DNA of 21,207 nt from Polyangia bacterium (GTDB lineage: Bacteria; Myxococcota_A; Polyangia; Nannocystales; Nannocystaceae): assembly GCA_030424595.1 (NCBI GenBank), contig JAUHWG010000011.1, forward strand, positions 257,130-278,336, written 5' to 3'. Of this stretch, positions 7,207-14,941 are shown in pieces. The position numbers were made by a program, and so were the translations under genes. Below the pieces are notes generated by a model. The model was not told where the DNA came from and ran no database searches. It was given only the letters and a program-made list of their open reading frames with translations. Position 1 is the stretch's first letter. The number at the start of each line of letters is the position of its first letter.

Positions 7207-8928
7207 CTAGGGAGCGCCGTCGGTGCCGGCGCTGTCGGTCTCGCCGTCGGTCTCGCTGTCGGTCTCGGTCTCGCCTGTCTCCAGGGTCTGGGGGCGGTTG
7301 GCGAGGAGCTGCTCCGCCGCTTTGGCGTCATCCCGGGCCTGGGTGTGCTGGGCGGCGAGGGCGAAGCGTCGCCGCAGCGACCGTTCGCTGGAGTCACCCG
7401 CGGACGGCGCCCGGATCCGTTCGGCGGCGACGACGAGGCGGAGGCTCGCGCCGGTGGGCGGCGCGGCGGCCTCGACCTCTGGCAGGAGCCAGTCGATCTC
7501 GGCGACGAGATCGGAGCGGCGGCTCTCGGTCGAGCGGCGGGTCTCGGGGACCAGCTCGGCGAGGGCGTGGAGGGCCGCGTCGGGGCGAGCGCGGAGGGCT
7601 ATGATCGCCTCGGCGAGCGCCTGCTTGCGGGGCGCGGCGGAGCTCAGCCTCGTGAAGAGGGGGGGGACGACCTCCTGTACGGAGGGCCAGATCGGGGGCG
7701 TCGCCTCGGGGAGGGGCTCCTCGCCGACCCGGGGCGGAGGCGACTCTCGCTGGCGGAGCTCGCTGAAGCGCTCGACCGCCCGGCGCCGGCCGTCCTCTCG
7801 ACCGTGGGCCTGGAGCGCGCTCAGGAGGAGCGCCTCGACGGGATCGCTGCCGATCCGCGGGCTGTAGGCGATCGAGAGGTCGATCGCCTGGTCGACAAAG
7901 CCGCTCTCGATCAGGCGGTCGACCTCGGCGGGCCACGTGCGCATCAGCTCCTGCGGCGTCGGCTCCCCCTCCTCGGCGAGACGCCTACCGACCGCCGCGC
8001 CCTGGAGGTAGCGGCGGCCGGCCGTCCGCTCGCTGAGGAGGAGCGCATCATCACCGCTGTAGGGGGTCGCCTCGACCGCGAGGAGAACCTCGAGGAGGCG
8101 CCGCTCCACGGTCGTCGCCAGGTCGTCGAGGCCCGGGACCCGGCGCCGGCGCTGGGCGTCGGCGAAGTGACGCCCGTAGTGGAGAAAGCGCCCCGCGAGG
8201 ATCCGGGCGAGCGGGGGCAGGGCAGCCCGCGGCGTCAGGCCGAGCTGGAGGAGCGCCTCGTCGTAGGTCCGGGCGAGCAGGGCGTTCGCCTTGATCCGCG
8301 CCGTATGGGTCGCGGTCCGCTCATGCCGGCGTTGACCGGCGAGGACGAGCAGGCCGAGCACGCGGTCATCGATCGGCGAGACCCGGGCGCCCAAGGGATC
8401 CTCGAGGGCGTCGTTGAGGGTCGCCGGGTCCGGCGGGGTCGTCGGCCTGTCGAGGGCGACGAGGCGGGCGATCCCGCGGAGATCGGCCGCGCTCCCCAGG
8501 GTGCCGAGGAGGTCGGCCGCAGCCGCCGGTGAGTCGGCGCTGAGGAGCCGGGCGCGGGCCTCGACGGCGGCGGCCGGACCTCTGCGCTCCGGACAGGCGA
8601 TCGCCCGGGCAGCCGGGGAGATGTCGCAAGGGGGACTCTCCTGGGCTGGGATCGCAGGATCCGCCTGGGCTGCGCTCTCCTCGGGCGGATCCTCGCGGTC
8701 GCCGCATGCGGGCCCGCTGCTCACGAGCAGGGCGACGAGGCCGCAGCCCGTGAGGAAGCCGACCTTTGGGGCTCGTCGCGGAGGATCCGAGGGATCGTCC
8801 CGTCCTCGTCCGCGCAGGGCGGAGGTCCGAGGTCTGGGATCGAGGCGCGTTCGCCCGCGCCTCGGCGGGCGACCGCCGCTGCGCGTGCCATCCGCAGGGG
8901 GGCTGACGCCGTCCACGCCTGATCTCAC
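7207..8928 (-). CDS. Hypothetical protein (573 aa) with an Arg/Pro-rich N-terminus, an internal signal-like hydrophobic segment and an acidic Thr/Glu/Asp C-terminal tail
   Basis: Third positions are GC-rich in this frame for 19 of 20 codons in the sampled stretch, against 15 of 20 for the overlapping + strand ORF 7183..8532. The GTG start overlaps the TGA stop of the upstream PilZ gene (GTGA). I recognised no domain. Confidence 0.6.
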   Translation of the reverse strand: MRSGVDGVSPPADGTRSGGRPPRRGRTRLDPRPRTSALRGRGRDDPSDPPRRAPKVGFLTGCGLVALLVSSGPACGDREDPPEESAAQADPAIPAQESPPCDISPAARAIACPERRGPAAAVEARARLLSADSPAAAADLLGTLGSAADLRGIARLVALDRPTTPPDPATLNDALEDPLGARVSPIDDRVLGLLVLAGQRRHERTATHTARIKANALLARTYDEALLQLGLTPRAALPPLARILAGRFLHYGRHFADAQRRRRVPGLDDLATTVERRLLEVLLAVEATPYSGDDALLLSERTAGRRYLQGAAVGRRLAEEGEPTPQELMRTWPAEVDRLIESGFVDQAIDLSIAYSPRIGSDPVEALLLSALQAHGREDGRRRAVERFSELRQRESPPPRVGEEPLPEATPPIWPSVQEVVPPLFTRLSSAAPRKQALAEAIIALRARPDAALHALAELVPETRRSTESRRSDLVAEIDWLLPEVEAAAPPTGASLRLVVAAERIRAPSAGDSSERSLRRRFALAAQHTQARDDAKAAEQLLANRPQTLETGETETDSETDGETDSAGTDGAP

Positions 8929-9545
8929 TCGTCGACGATCCGCCGGATGACCTCACGGATCCGGTGGACGCCGCCCATGTCGCGGGCGACGAACTCGACC
9001 CCACAGCCGTCGGGGTTGTCGTTGTTGCGGACCACGGATTGGACCTCGAGGGGGCGCGCGCTGCCCGGCGGTGTGATCTCGATGATGATCTCGTCGCCGA
9101 CCGCGAGGTCCTCCTTGGTCAGGAGGAGCGCCCCTGCCTCGGAGATCTCGGAGATCGTCGCCGCGGTCAGCTCGGGCTCGCCGCTGCGCCGCCAACGGAT
9201 CTCGACCAGCACCGGCTGACGGACGTGGCGGCGGCGCGGCATCATCTTCGCGTCGCCCGCCGCGACCTCGCGCAGGAAGTCGAGCTTGCGCCACTCGGAG
9301 CCGACACAGCGGAGCACGCCGCCTGCCCGTACGCGCAGGCGAGGGCGCGCGCTCTGCCACTTCTTGCCGATCGCCCGGACCATCATCTTGCCCGGAAGAC
9401 CGCTGAAGAACACCTCAGCCAGCACCTCTTCGCCGGGCTCAAAGCGCTCTGTGGTGAAGACCTGGATCGCGTTCTCCTCGCCTGGAGTCTTGAGCGCGTC
9501 GACAAAGGCCTCTCCAGAGGAGTAGTGGCAGCGGATCCTTCGCAA
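8925..9545 (-). CDS. PilZ domain protein (putative c-di-GMP receptor)
   Basis: The C-terminal half carries RRHVRQP (RxxxR) followed about 25 aa later by ISEISEAG, a (D/N)xSxxG-like motif, then the typical hydrophobic beta strands. The N-terminal half may be a degenerate PilZ or PilZN domain. TTG start per the track; the start codon is uncertain. Confidence 0.55.
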   Translation of the reverse strand: MRRIRCHYSSGEAFVDALKTPGEENAIQVFTTERFEPGEEVLAEVFFSGLPGKMMVRAIGKKWQSARPRLRVRAGGVLRCVGSEWRKLDFLREVAAGDAKMMPRRRHVRQPVLVEIRWRRSGEPELTAATISEISEAGALLLTKEDLAVGDEIIIEITPPGSARPLEVQSVVRNNDNPDGCGVEFVARDMGGVHRIREVIRRIVDE

Positions 9546-9568
9546 TTGGGTCTCTGACTCGAGTTGAA

Positions 9569-9588
9569 CGACCGCCCTAGGCGGTCGC
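9569..9588. promoter_or_regulatory. Perfect palindrome CGACCGCC-cta-GGCGGTCG in the divergent PilZ / GT2 intergenic region; candidate dimeric-regulator operator
   Basis: Exact 8-bp arms are read from the sequence, centred on a CTAG, about 24 nt upstream of the PilZ start. Confidence 0.4.
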
Positions 9589-9714
9589 CGATGGTATCAA
9601 GCCCGCGGGAGCGCTCGCAAGCGAGGGGCCAGCCACAGGAGACCCTTGCGTTGTCCGGGCCGGCCGGTCCATAGATCGAGCGAGGGCCTGCACCTGCGGG
9701 GCCCCGGTGAGCGC

Positions 9715-10500
9715 ATGCCAGAGGCTTCGATGACGAGCGCAGAGAGGACGGGCGAGGAGCCGCGGCTGCGGCCCGTCGTCCTCCTCCCGACCTACAACGA
9801 GCGGGAGAACCTCGCGGCGATCATCGCCGCGATCCACAGGGTCCAGCCCGAGCTCGACATCCTCGTCATCGACGACTCCAGCCCCGACGGCACCGGAGAG
9901 GTCGCCGATGGCCTCGCTGCGGCGGACTCGCGGATCTCTGTCCTCCACCGCGCCGGTAAGGAGGGCCTGGGTCGCGCCTATCTCGACGGCTTCAGCCGCG
10001 CCCTCGGGGATCCCGCAGAGTACACGCACCTCATCCAGATGGACGCGGACTTCTCGCACGATCCGGCGCACCTCGCCGCGATGCTCGAAGCGGCCTCGTC
10101 GGGCGCCGATGTGGTCGTCGGCTCGCGCTACGTCGCGGGCGGGCGCACGGTCGGCTGGTCGCGACGCCGTCGGCTGCTCTCTCGGGCAGGCGGGACCTAC
10201 GCGCGCCTCGTCCTCGGGGTCGGCGTCCGCGACCTCACGGCGGGGTTTGTCTGCTATCGCCGCGAGGTCCTCTGCGCCCTCGACCTCGCCGGCGTCGAGG
10301 CGAGCGGCTACGGCTTTCAGATCGAGATGAAGTTTCGCTGCGAGCGGCGGGGTTTTGCCCTCCGCGAGGTGCCGATCGCCTTCCCGGATCGCCAGCGGGG
10401 CACCTCGAAGATGTCCTTTGGGATCATGGCCGAGGCGCTCGGTCTGGTCTGGCGGCTGCGGTGGCGTGAGCGCGGAGCGAGACAAGGAGCGCGAGGATGA
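9715..10500 (+). CDS. Polyprenol-phosphate (dolichol-phosphate) mannose synthase, GT2 family
   Basis: The translation carries VVLLPTYNERENL, ILVIDDSSPDGTG and QMDADFSHDP, which are Dpm1/Ppm1-type GT2 motifs. I place the start at an internal ATG (9715 or 9730) because the upstream track codons have weak coding character. Confidence 0.8.
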   Translation: MPEASMTSAERTGEEPRLRPVVLLPTYNERENLAAIIAAIHRVQPELDILVIDDSSPDGTGEVADGLAAADSRISVLHRAGKEGLGRAYLDGFSRALGDPAEYTHLIQMDADFSHDPAHLAAMLEAASSGADVVVGSRYVAGGRTVGWSRRRRLLSRAGGTYARLVLGVGVRDLTAGFVCYRREVLCALDLAGVEASGYGFQIEMKFRCERRGFALREVPIAFPDRQRGTSKMSFGIMAEALGLVWRLRWRERGARQGARG

Positions 10501-11399
10501 CGATCAAGGTCTACCTGTCGACGGCCGGGCGGCCCCTCGATCCCGCGGAGGCGACGATCTCCGTCTTCGATCGCGGCTTTCTCTACGGCGACAGCGTCTA
10601 CGAGACCCTGCGAACCGCCGGCGGGCACTTCGTCGAGATGGAGCGGCACCTCGTCCGCCTCCGGCGCAGCGCCGCCGGTATCGGCCTCGAGATCCCCTAC
10701 ACCGACCAGGAGATCGCCGAGGCGACGCGGGCGACCTGCGACGCGACCGGCAACCCGGACTGCTACGTGCGGGTCGTCGTCACCCGCGGCACCGGCGAGC
10801 TCGGCCTCGATCCGCGACACGCCGGCGTGCCGCTGCTGGTGGTCGTCGCGAAGGAGCTGAAGCTCGCCCCTGCGGAGCTCTACGAGCGCGGGATCTCGGC
10901 CCATATCGTCGACGTCCGCAAGATCTCGCGCCGCTCGCTCGACCCGACCCTGAAGACCGGCAACTACCTCAACAGCATCCAGGCGCTCCGGCAGGCGACC
11001 GACAACGCGGCCGAGGACGCGATCATGCTGAGCGTCGACGGGGCGGTCGCCGAGGGGGCGACGAGCAACGTCTTCATGGTCAAGGACGGGGCGATCCTCA
11101 CCCCCTCGCTCAAGACCGGTCTGCTGTCTGGGATCACGCGGGCGCTGATCTGCGAGCTGGCCCGCGCTGACGGCCGCGAGGTCGCGGAGGTGACGATCTG
11201 GCCGGACGATCTGCGCGCCGCCGACGAGGTCTTCCTGACCTCCTCGGTGCGCGGTCCGATCGCGGTCACCAAGCTCGACGGTGCGCCGGTCGGGCAGGGC
11301 CGGGTCGGTCCGGTGACGCAGCGGCTGAGCGCGCTCTACAGCGACTATCTCGGTTGGGTCGCGCGGGGCGAGCTCGATCGGGCCGAGTCTGCGAGCTGA
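10497..11399 (+). CDS. Class IV PLP-dependent aminotransferase (branched-chain amino acid / D-amino acid aminotransferase or aminodeoxychorismate lyase family)
   Basis: DRGFLYGDSVYET and TLKTGNYLNS resemble the IlvE catalytic-lysine region. The length is 300 aa. The ATG overlaps the upstream TGA (ATGA) and AGGAG sits 7-11 nt upstream. Confidence 0.8.
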   Translation: MTIKVYLSTAGRPLDPAEATISVFDRGFLYGDSVYETLRTAGGHFVEMERHLVRLRRSAAGIGLEIPYTDQEIAEATRATCDATGNPDCYVRVVVTRGTGELGLDPRHAGVPLLVVVAKELKLAPAELYERGISAHIVDVRKISRRSLDPTLKTGNYLNSIQALRQATDNAAEDAIMLSVDGAVAEGATSNVFMVKDGAILTPSLKTGLLSGITRALICELARADGREVAEVTIWPDDLRAADEVFLTSSVRGPIAVTKLDGAPVGQGRVGPVTQRLSALYSDYLGWVARGELDRAESAS

Positions 11400-11570
11400 G
11401 CCGGCCTGAGCCCGCCTGGCTGGCGGCGTGGGGACGCGCGAGCACGGCCCTGCGAGCGCGCGAACGCTGATGTAGCTGGCCTTACGGCCATCTCCTGCAG
11501 ATCATCGAAGACGCGGCCGCGCCGCGGCGAGGGGATGGCGCTGTGGTAGCGTTGCTGCGGCCCTCGAGGC

Positions 11571-11590
11571 CGCTGCGCGCCTGTGCGCAG
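11571..11590 (+). promoter_or_regulatory. Inverted repeat CTGCGC-N7-GCGCAG just upstream of the RBS of the 822-aa gene
   Basis: The 6-bp arms are exact reverse complements. GGAAGG follows as the Shine-Dalgarno. Coordinates are approximate. Confidence 0.3.
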
Positions 11591-11610
11591 CCGAGAATGG
11601 AAGGCTAGCG

Positions 11611-14079
11611 ATGAGCATGAACGTCACCGTCCGGGTCCACAATTCCTCTGGCTCGCACACCCTCGCCGGTGTCCTCGTCGAGGGCGGCGGAGAGGCCTCG
11701 GCGAGCTTCGGCGCAGCCCTCTCGGGGCCGGGGGCGCACCTCCTCCTCGGCGGCGATCGGGACTACCACGTGAGCCTCGACGAGGCGCTCAGCGCCGACG
11801 CCATCGACGTGCTCCGCGAGCGTGTTGGGGGGCGCGTGTCGATCAATTTTGTCGGTCGGCGCGGGACCTATCGCCAGCGTTTGGTGGCGCTCGGCGGCGC
11901 CCTCCTGGTCGCTCCGCCGGAGACGCCCGCGGCGGATGCCCCTGCGGAGGACGCGGAGGACGCGAGCGCGGCGGCCGAGGCCGCGGGCAGCCTCCACCTC
12001 TCATCGACGATCTACGGGGCCAACCCCCTCTACCTCCTCGCCGACGGCACCCTCTCCGCGACCCCGGCCGGGCCGGCGCCGACCGGCATGGACGCGCTGG
12101 AGGCGATGGTCACCGCGGCTCGCTGGGTCTCTTCGCGGCGGACCAGCTCCTTTGAGCGCCTCTTCCCGGCCTCGGCGTTTCACCCGGACATGCCGATCCG
12201 TGAGGAGCGGCTCTCGGTCGTCCAGGCCGGCGCGCTCCTGGGTCAGATCGAGTCCGTCCTCAACGCCGCGTCCATCGACGCCGAGGATCCCGACGAGCTC
12301 GCCCTCGATCGCTCCCAGCTCCGCTCCGCCTGCGTCACCGTCCTCGCCCATGTGATCGCGACCGCCGCGAAGGACCCCGAGTTTCGAGCCCCCGCCGATC
12401 GAGCGACGGCGATGGTCTTCTCCCTGATCGAGGCGGAGCAGGGGGACGCAGCCCGACCGGAGCTGCGGGCCCACGCGATCCAGCTCCTCTCGCAGCGGGG
12501 TCCGGCGCTGACCGACGCCCAGCAGGCCGAGGTTCGGGCGCTCCTGCAAAACCTCCGACGACAGGCGCCGCCCTACGACGAGATCACAGGTCCCTGGCGC
12601 TTCGCCCTCTGCTCCGGCTACGAGTTCCACAAGGGCGGCGTCGAGGTGCTCAAGCGCCAGTACAAGTTCACCGAGGTCGAGGCGCCCGAGGGCACGCCGA
12701 AGCCGCCGGGATCCTTCTCCCGCGGCTACACGGTGCTCGAGGCGCCCTTCCGCGGCCCCGCGGGGCAGGTCATCCAGATCTTCGCCCGCGCCGCCAGCCC
12801 CCGCGACGAGAACCGGGAGATGGAGTCGGAGTTCTTCACCGGGATCGCCGTCAACCGCCACGCCAACCTCGGCTCTGCCGACATGAAGGCCGCGCTCGTC
12901 GACATCCGCCAGCGCGGCTACAAGCTGATGCTCAACGCCCAGTGCGCCGGCCTGACCACCCGCTTCGCGATCTCGCGGATGTTCCCCGAGGCGGACATCT
13001 ACTCCTCGTGGGACTCGACCTACTTCCGCACCGGCGCCGACGGTGAGCTCTCCTCCTCGGAGGGGATCGACTGCTTCATCGCCGTGCTCACCGGCATGAG
13101 CGCGGCGGAGGACTTCGCGGCGATCGACGCCCGCCTCAAGGACGCCCAGTGGTACCACTCGCAGAGCCGGCAGAAGGACTTCGTCCAATTCATCGGCCCG
13201 GCGCACCCGCTGGTCTCGCGGCGCTACGAGGACGTCAACCGCGACGGCAAGGCGGACTACTACGACGGCTTCCTCGACCTCCGCCTGGTCGAGATCGCCG
13301 AGGACCTGCACGGATCGGCGCTCCCTCGCGATCCCGGGGCGGCTCCCTCGCAGATCTCTGGGGCGGCCGCCAGCGGCCTCGGCTGGGCCGCCGGATCCCT
13401 CAACCGCGTGACCCAGTACTCCGAGCTTTGGGACGAACTACCCGGCCAGACGGAGCTCTTCTACGCCTTCCGATCCGGCGGGTTCTATAGCCATAAGGTG
13501 CCGCCGCAGGACGTCGGCGTCGGCAAGGGGCCGGCGGTCGACGTCGGCACATTGCCGGCGGTCTGCCGCTATCTCAGCCAAGAGGAGGGCGGGGCCGGGA
13601 TCGCCGGCGAGGTGATGCTGCACTCCTGGCTCAGCCACGCCGCCCAGGAGCTAAAGCGGCTCCTCTCGGCCGCCGACGCCTATTGGCGGGCGATCGACCT
13701 CGGCTACCTCGGCGGTCGCGCGCCCCTCGACACCGTCGCCGGACAGCGCGCCGGCCTGCTCCTCACGCTCGCCGGCCTCCTGGAGTTCCCCGCCGACCAG
13801 AACATGATCGACGCGCTTTGGGGCATGTCCCTCGACATGTTGAACCTGCCCAAGATCTCGCGCTCGCTGGTCCGTCGGGCGATCAACGACGAGGACCACA
13901 ATCAGGGCAACTACTACGGTTCGCGTCGAGGCGTCCGTGAGCTGCTCGGCAGCGGCGAGGAGCCGGGCACGATCGAGAAGAGCGACCCGGTCGCCTACGC
14001 CGCGCTGCTCGCCGACGACCCGTCGATCGGTCGGGCCAAGCCCCTCGACTTCGACGGCGGCGGGGCAGGGCCGGCGTAG
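11611..14079 (+). CDS. Large hypothetical protein (822 aa), no recognisable domain
   Basis: GC3 periodicity is very strong: 20 of 20 codons have G/C at the third position in the sampled stretch. There is no signal peptide. An Ala/Glu/Asp low-complexity linker follows the first 110 aa. The antisense ORF 12001..13311 is an artefact. Confidence 0.75.
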   Translation: MSMNVTVRVHNSSGSHTLAGVLVEGGGEASASFGAALSGPGAHLLLGGDRDYHVSLDEALSADAIDVLRERVGGRVSINFVGRRGTYRQRLVALGGALLVAPPETPAADAPAEDAEDASAAAEAAGSLHLSSTIYGANPLYLLADGTLSATPAGPAPTGMDALEAMVTAARWVSSRRTSSFERLFPASAFHPDMPIREERLSVVQAGALLGQIESVLNAASIDAEDPDELALDRSQLRSACVTVLAHVIATAAKDPEFRAPADRATAMVFSLIEAEQGDAARPELRAHAIQLLSQRGPALTDAQQAEVRALLQNLRRQAPPYDEITGPWRFALCSGYEFHKGGVEVLKRQYKFTEVEAPEGTPKPPGSFSRGYTVLEAPFRGPAGQVIQIFARAASPRDENREMESEFFTGIAVNRHANLGSADMKAALVDIRQRGYKLMLNAQCAGLTTRFAISRMFPEADIYSSWDSTYFRTGADGELSSSEGIDCFIAVLTGMSAAEDFAAIDARLKDAQWYHSQSRQKDFVQFIGPAHPLVSRRYEDVNRDGKADYYDGFLDLRLVEIAEDLHGSALPRDPGAAPSQISGAAASGLGWAAGSLNRVTQYSELWDELPGQTELFYAFRSGGFYSHKVPPQDVGVGKGPAVDVGTLPAVCRYLSQEEGGAGIAGEVMLHSWLSHAAQELKRLLSAADAYWRAIDLGYLGGRAPLDTVAGQRAGLLLTLAGLLEFPADQNMIDALWGMSLDMLNLPKISRSLVRRAINDEDHNQGNYYGSRRGVRELLGSGEEPGTIEKSDPVAYAALLADDPSIGRAKPLDFDGGGAGPA

Positions 14080-14131
14080 CTGGCCCTCGGGCGGGCGAGC
14101 GCGGCGAAGGCTGGGGGCCTTGCCCCGAGCC
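14080..14131. terminator. Candidate bidirectional terminator between convergent genes: GGGGC-ctt-GCCCC hairpin nested in a longer imperfect inverted repeat (AGCTGGCCCTCGGG ... CCCGAGCCTCAGCT)
   Basis: The inverted repeats are read from the sequence. They lie between the TAG of the + gene and the TGA of the - gene. There is no U-tract, as expected in high-GC genomes. Confidence 0.35.
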
Positions 14132-14860
14132 TCAGCTGGCTGTAGCTCGACCCGTCGGCAGGTGCTCTGCCAGGAAGGCCATGGTCTTCGTCCAGGCGAC
14201 CTTCGCGGCTGCCTCGTTGTAGAACATCGGCGCCTCGTGGTTGTCGAAGGCGTGGCCCGCGTGCTCGATGTGGACGGTGAAGCGGGGATCGTCAGCGAGG
14301 GCTGTCTCGACCCGCTGGGCGGCCGCCAGGGGGATGTATGGATCCTCGTCGCCGAAGTAGATGAGCGTCGGGCAGCGGATCTCGGGGATCATGTCGAGCA
14401 TGTCGGGGACGGTCGACCCGTAGTAGCTGACGCAGCAGCGGGGATCGCCGGCCGCGGCGACGCCGAAGGCGAGCGAGCCGCCCATGCAGAAGCCGATCAC
14501 GCCGGCTCGCGAGTCGACCTCGGCGAGGCCGTCGAGGTGGCGGAGCGCCGCCTTGCAGTCGGCGACCGCGAGCTCCGGGTTCAGCTGAGAGACCTTGGCC
14601 ATCGACGCCTGGACGCCGGCCTCATCGTGCTCTGCGACCCAGTTGGGATGAAAGCGCCAGAAGACGTCCGGCGCGGCGACGACATAGCCCGCTTCGGCGA
14701 GGCGCTCCGCCACCGCCCGAATGTATGGACCGACGCCGAAGATCTCCTGGATCAAGAGGAGCCCGGGGCCGCGGCCCCCCTCGGGGAGCCATACGTGGAG
14801 GTCAAAGGAGCCGGATTCTACGGTGACGCTCTCGCAGCGCTGCTGGATCATGGGCTGCAT
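14132..14860 (-). CDS. Dienelactone hydrolase family protein (alpha/beta hydrolase, Cys nucleophile)
   Basis: Only the last 242 codons of the 648-aa track ORF look like protein (MQPMIQQRCESVTVES...). The sequence GFCMGG is the DLH nucleophile motif and GHAF the His region. Upstream of the ATG at 14860 the ORF is antisense to the lipoprotein gene and compositionally non-protein-like. Confidence 0.75.
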   Translation of the reverse strand: MQPMIQQRCESVTVESGSFDLHVWLPEGGRGPGLLLIQEIFGVGPYIRAVAERLAEAGYVVAAPDVFWRFHPNWVAEHDEAGVQASMAKVSQLNPELAVADCKAALRHLDGLAEVDSRAGVIGFCMGGSLAFGVAAAGDPRCCVSYYGSTVPDMLDMIPEIRCPTLIYFGDEDPYIPLAAAQRVETALADDPRFTVHIEHAGHAFDNHEAPMFYNEAAAKVAWTKTMAFLAEHLPTGRATAS

Positions 14861-14941
14861 GGTAGTCGCCTCGCGCCGGGCTGGCGAGTCGGTGTAGACC
14901 TCCCCCTCGTGGAGCGAGAGAGCGCGTGGTAGCGTCTCCGG

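Noticed and set aside
7183-8532. 449-aa plus-strand ORF (and 7223..7867, 7394..7936, 8366..9004, 8414..8950) overlapping the 573-aa gene
   Set aside because: GC3 periodicity favours the minus-strand frame (19 of 20 against 15 of 20 in the sampled stretch). The translations are Gly/Arg-rich low-complexity sequence typical of off-frame reading in high-GC DNA.
12001-13311. 436-aa minus-strand ORF inside the 822-aa gene
   Set aside because: It is antisense to a frame with 20 of 20 GC3 in the sampled stretch. Its translation is Arg/Gly/Val-rich junk.
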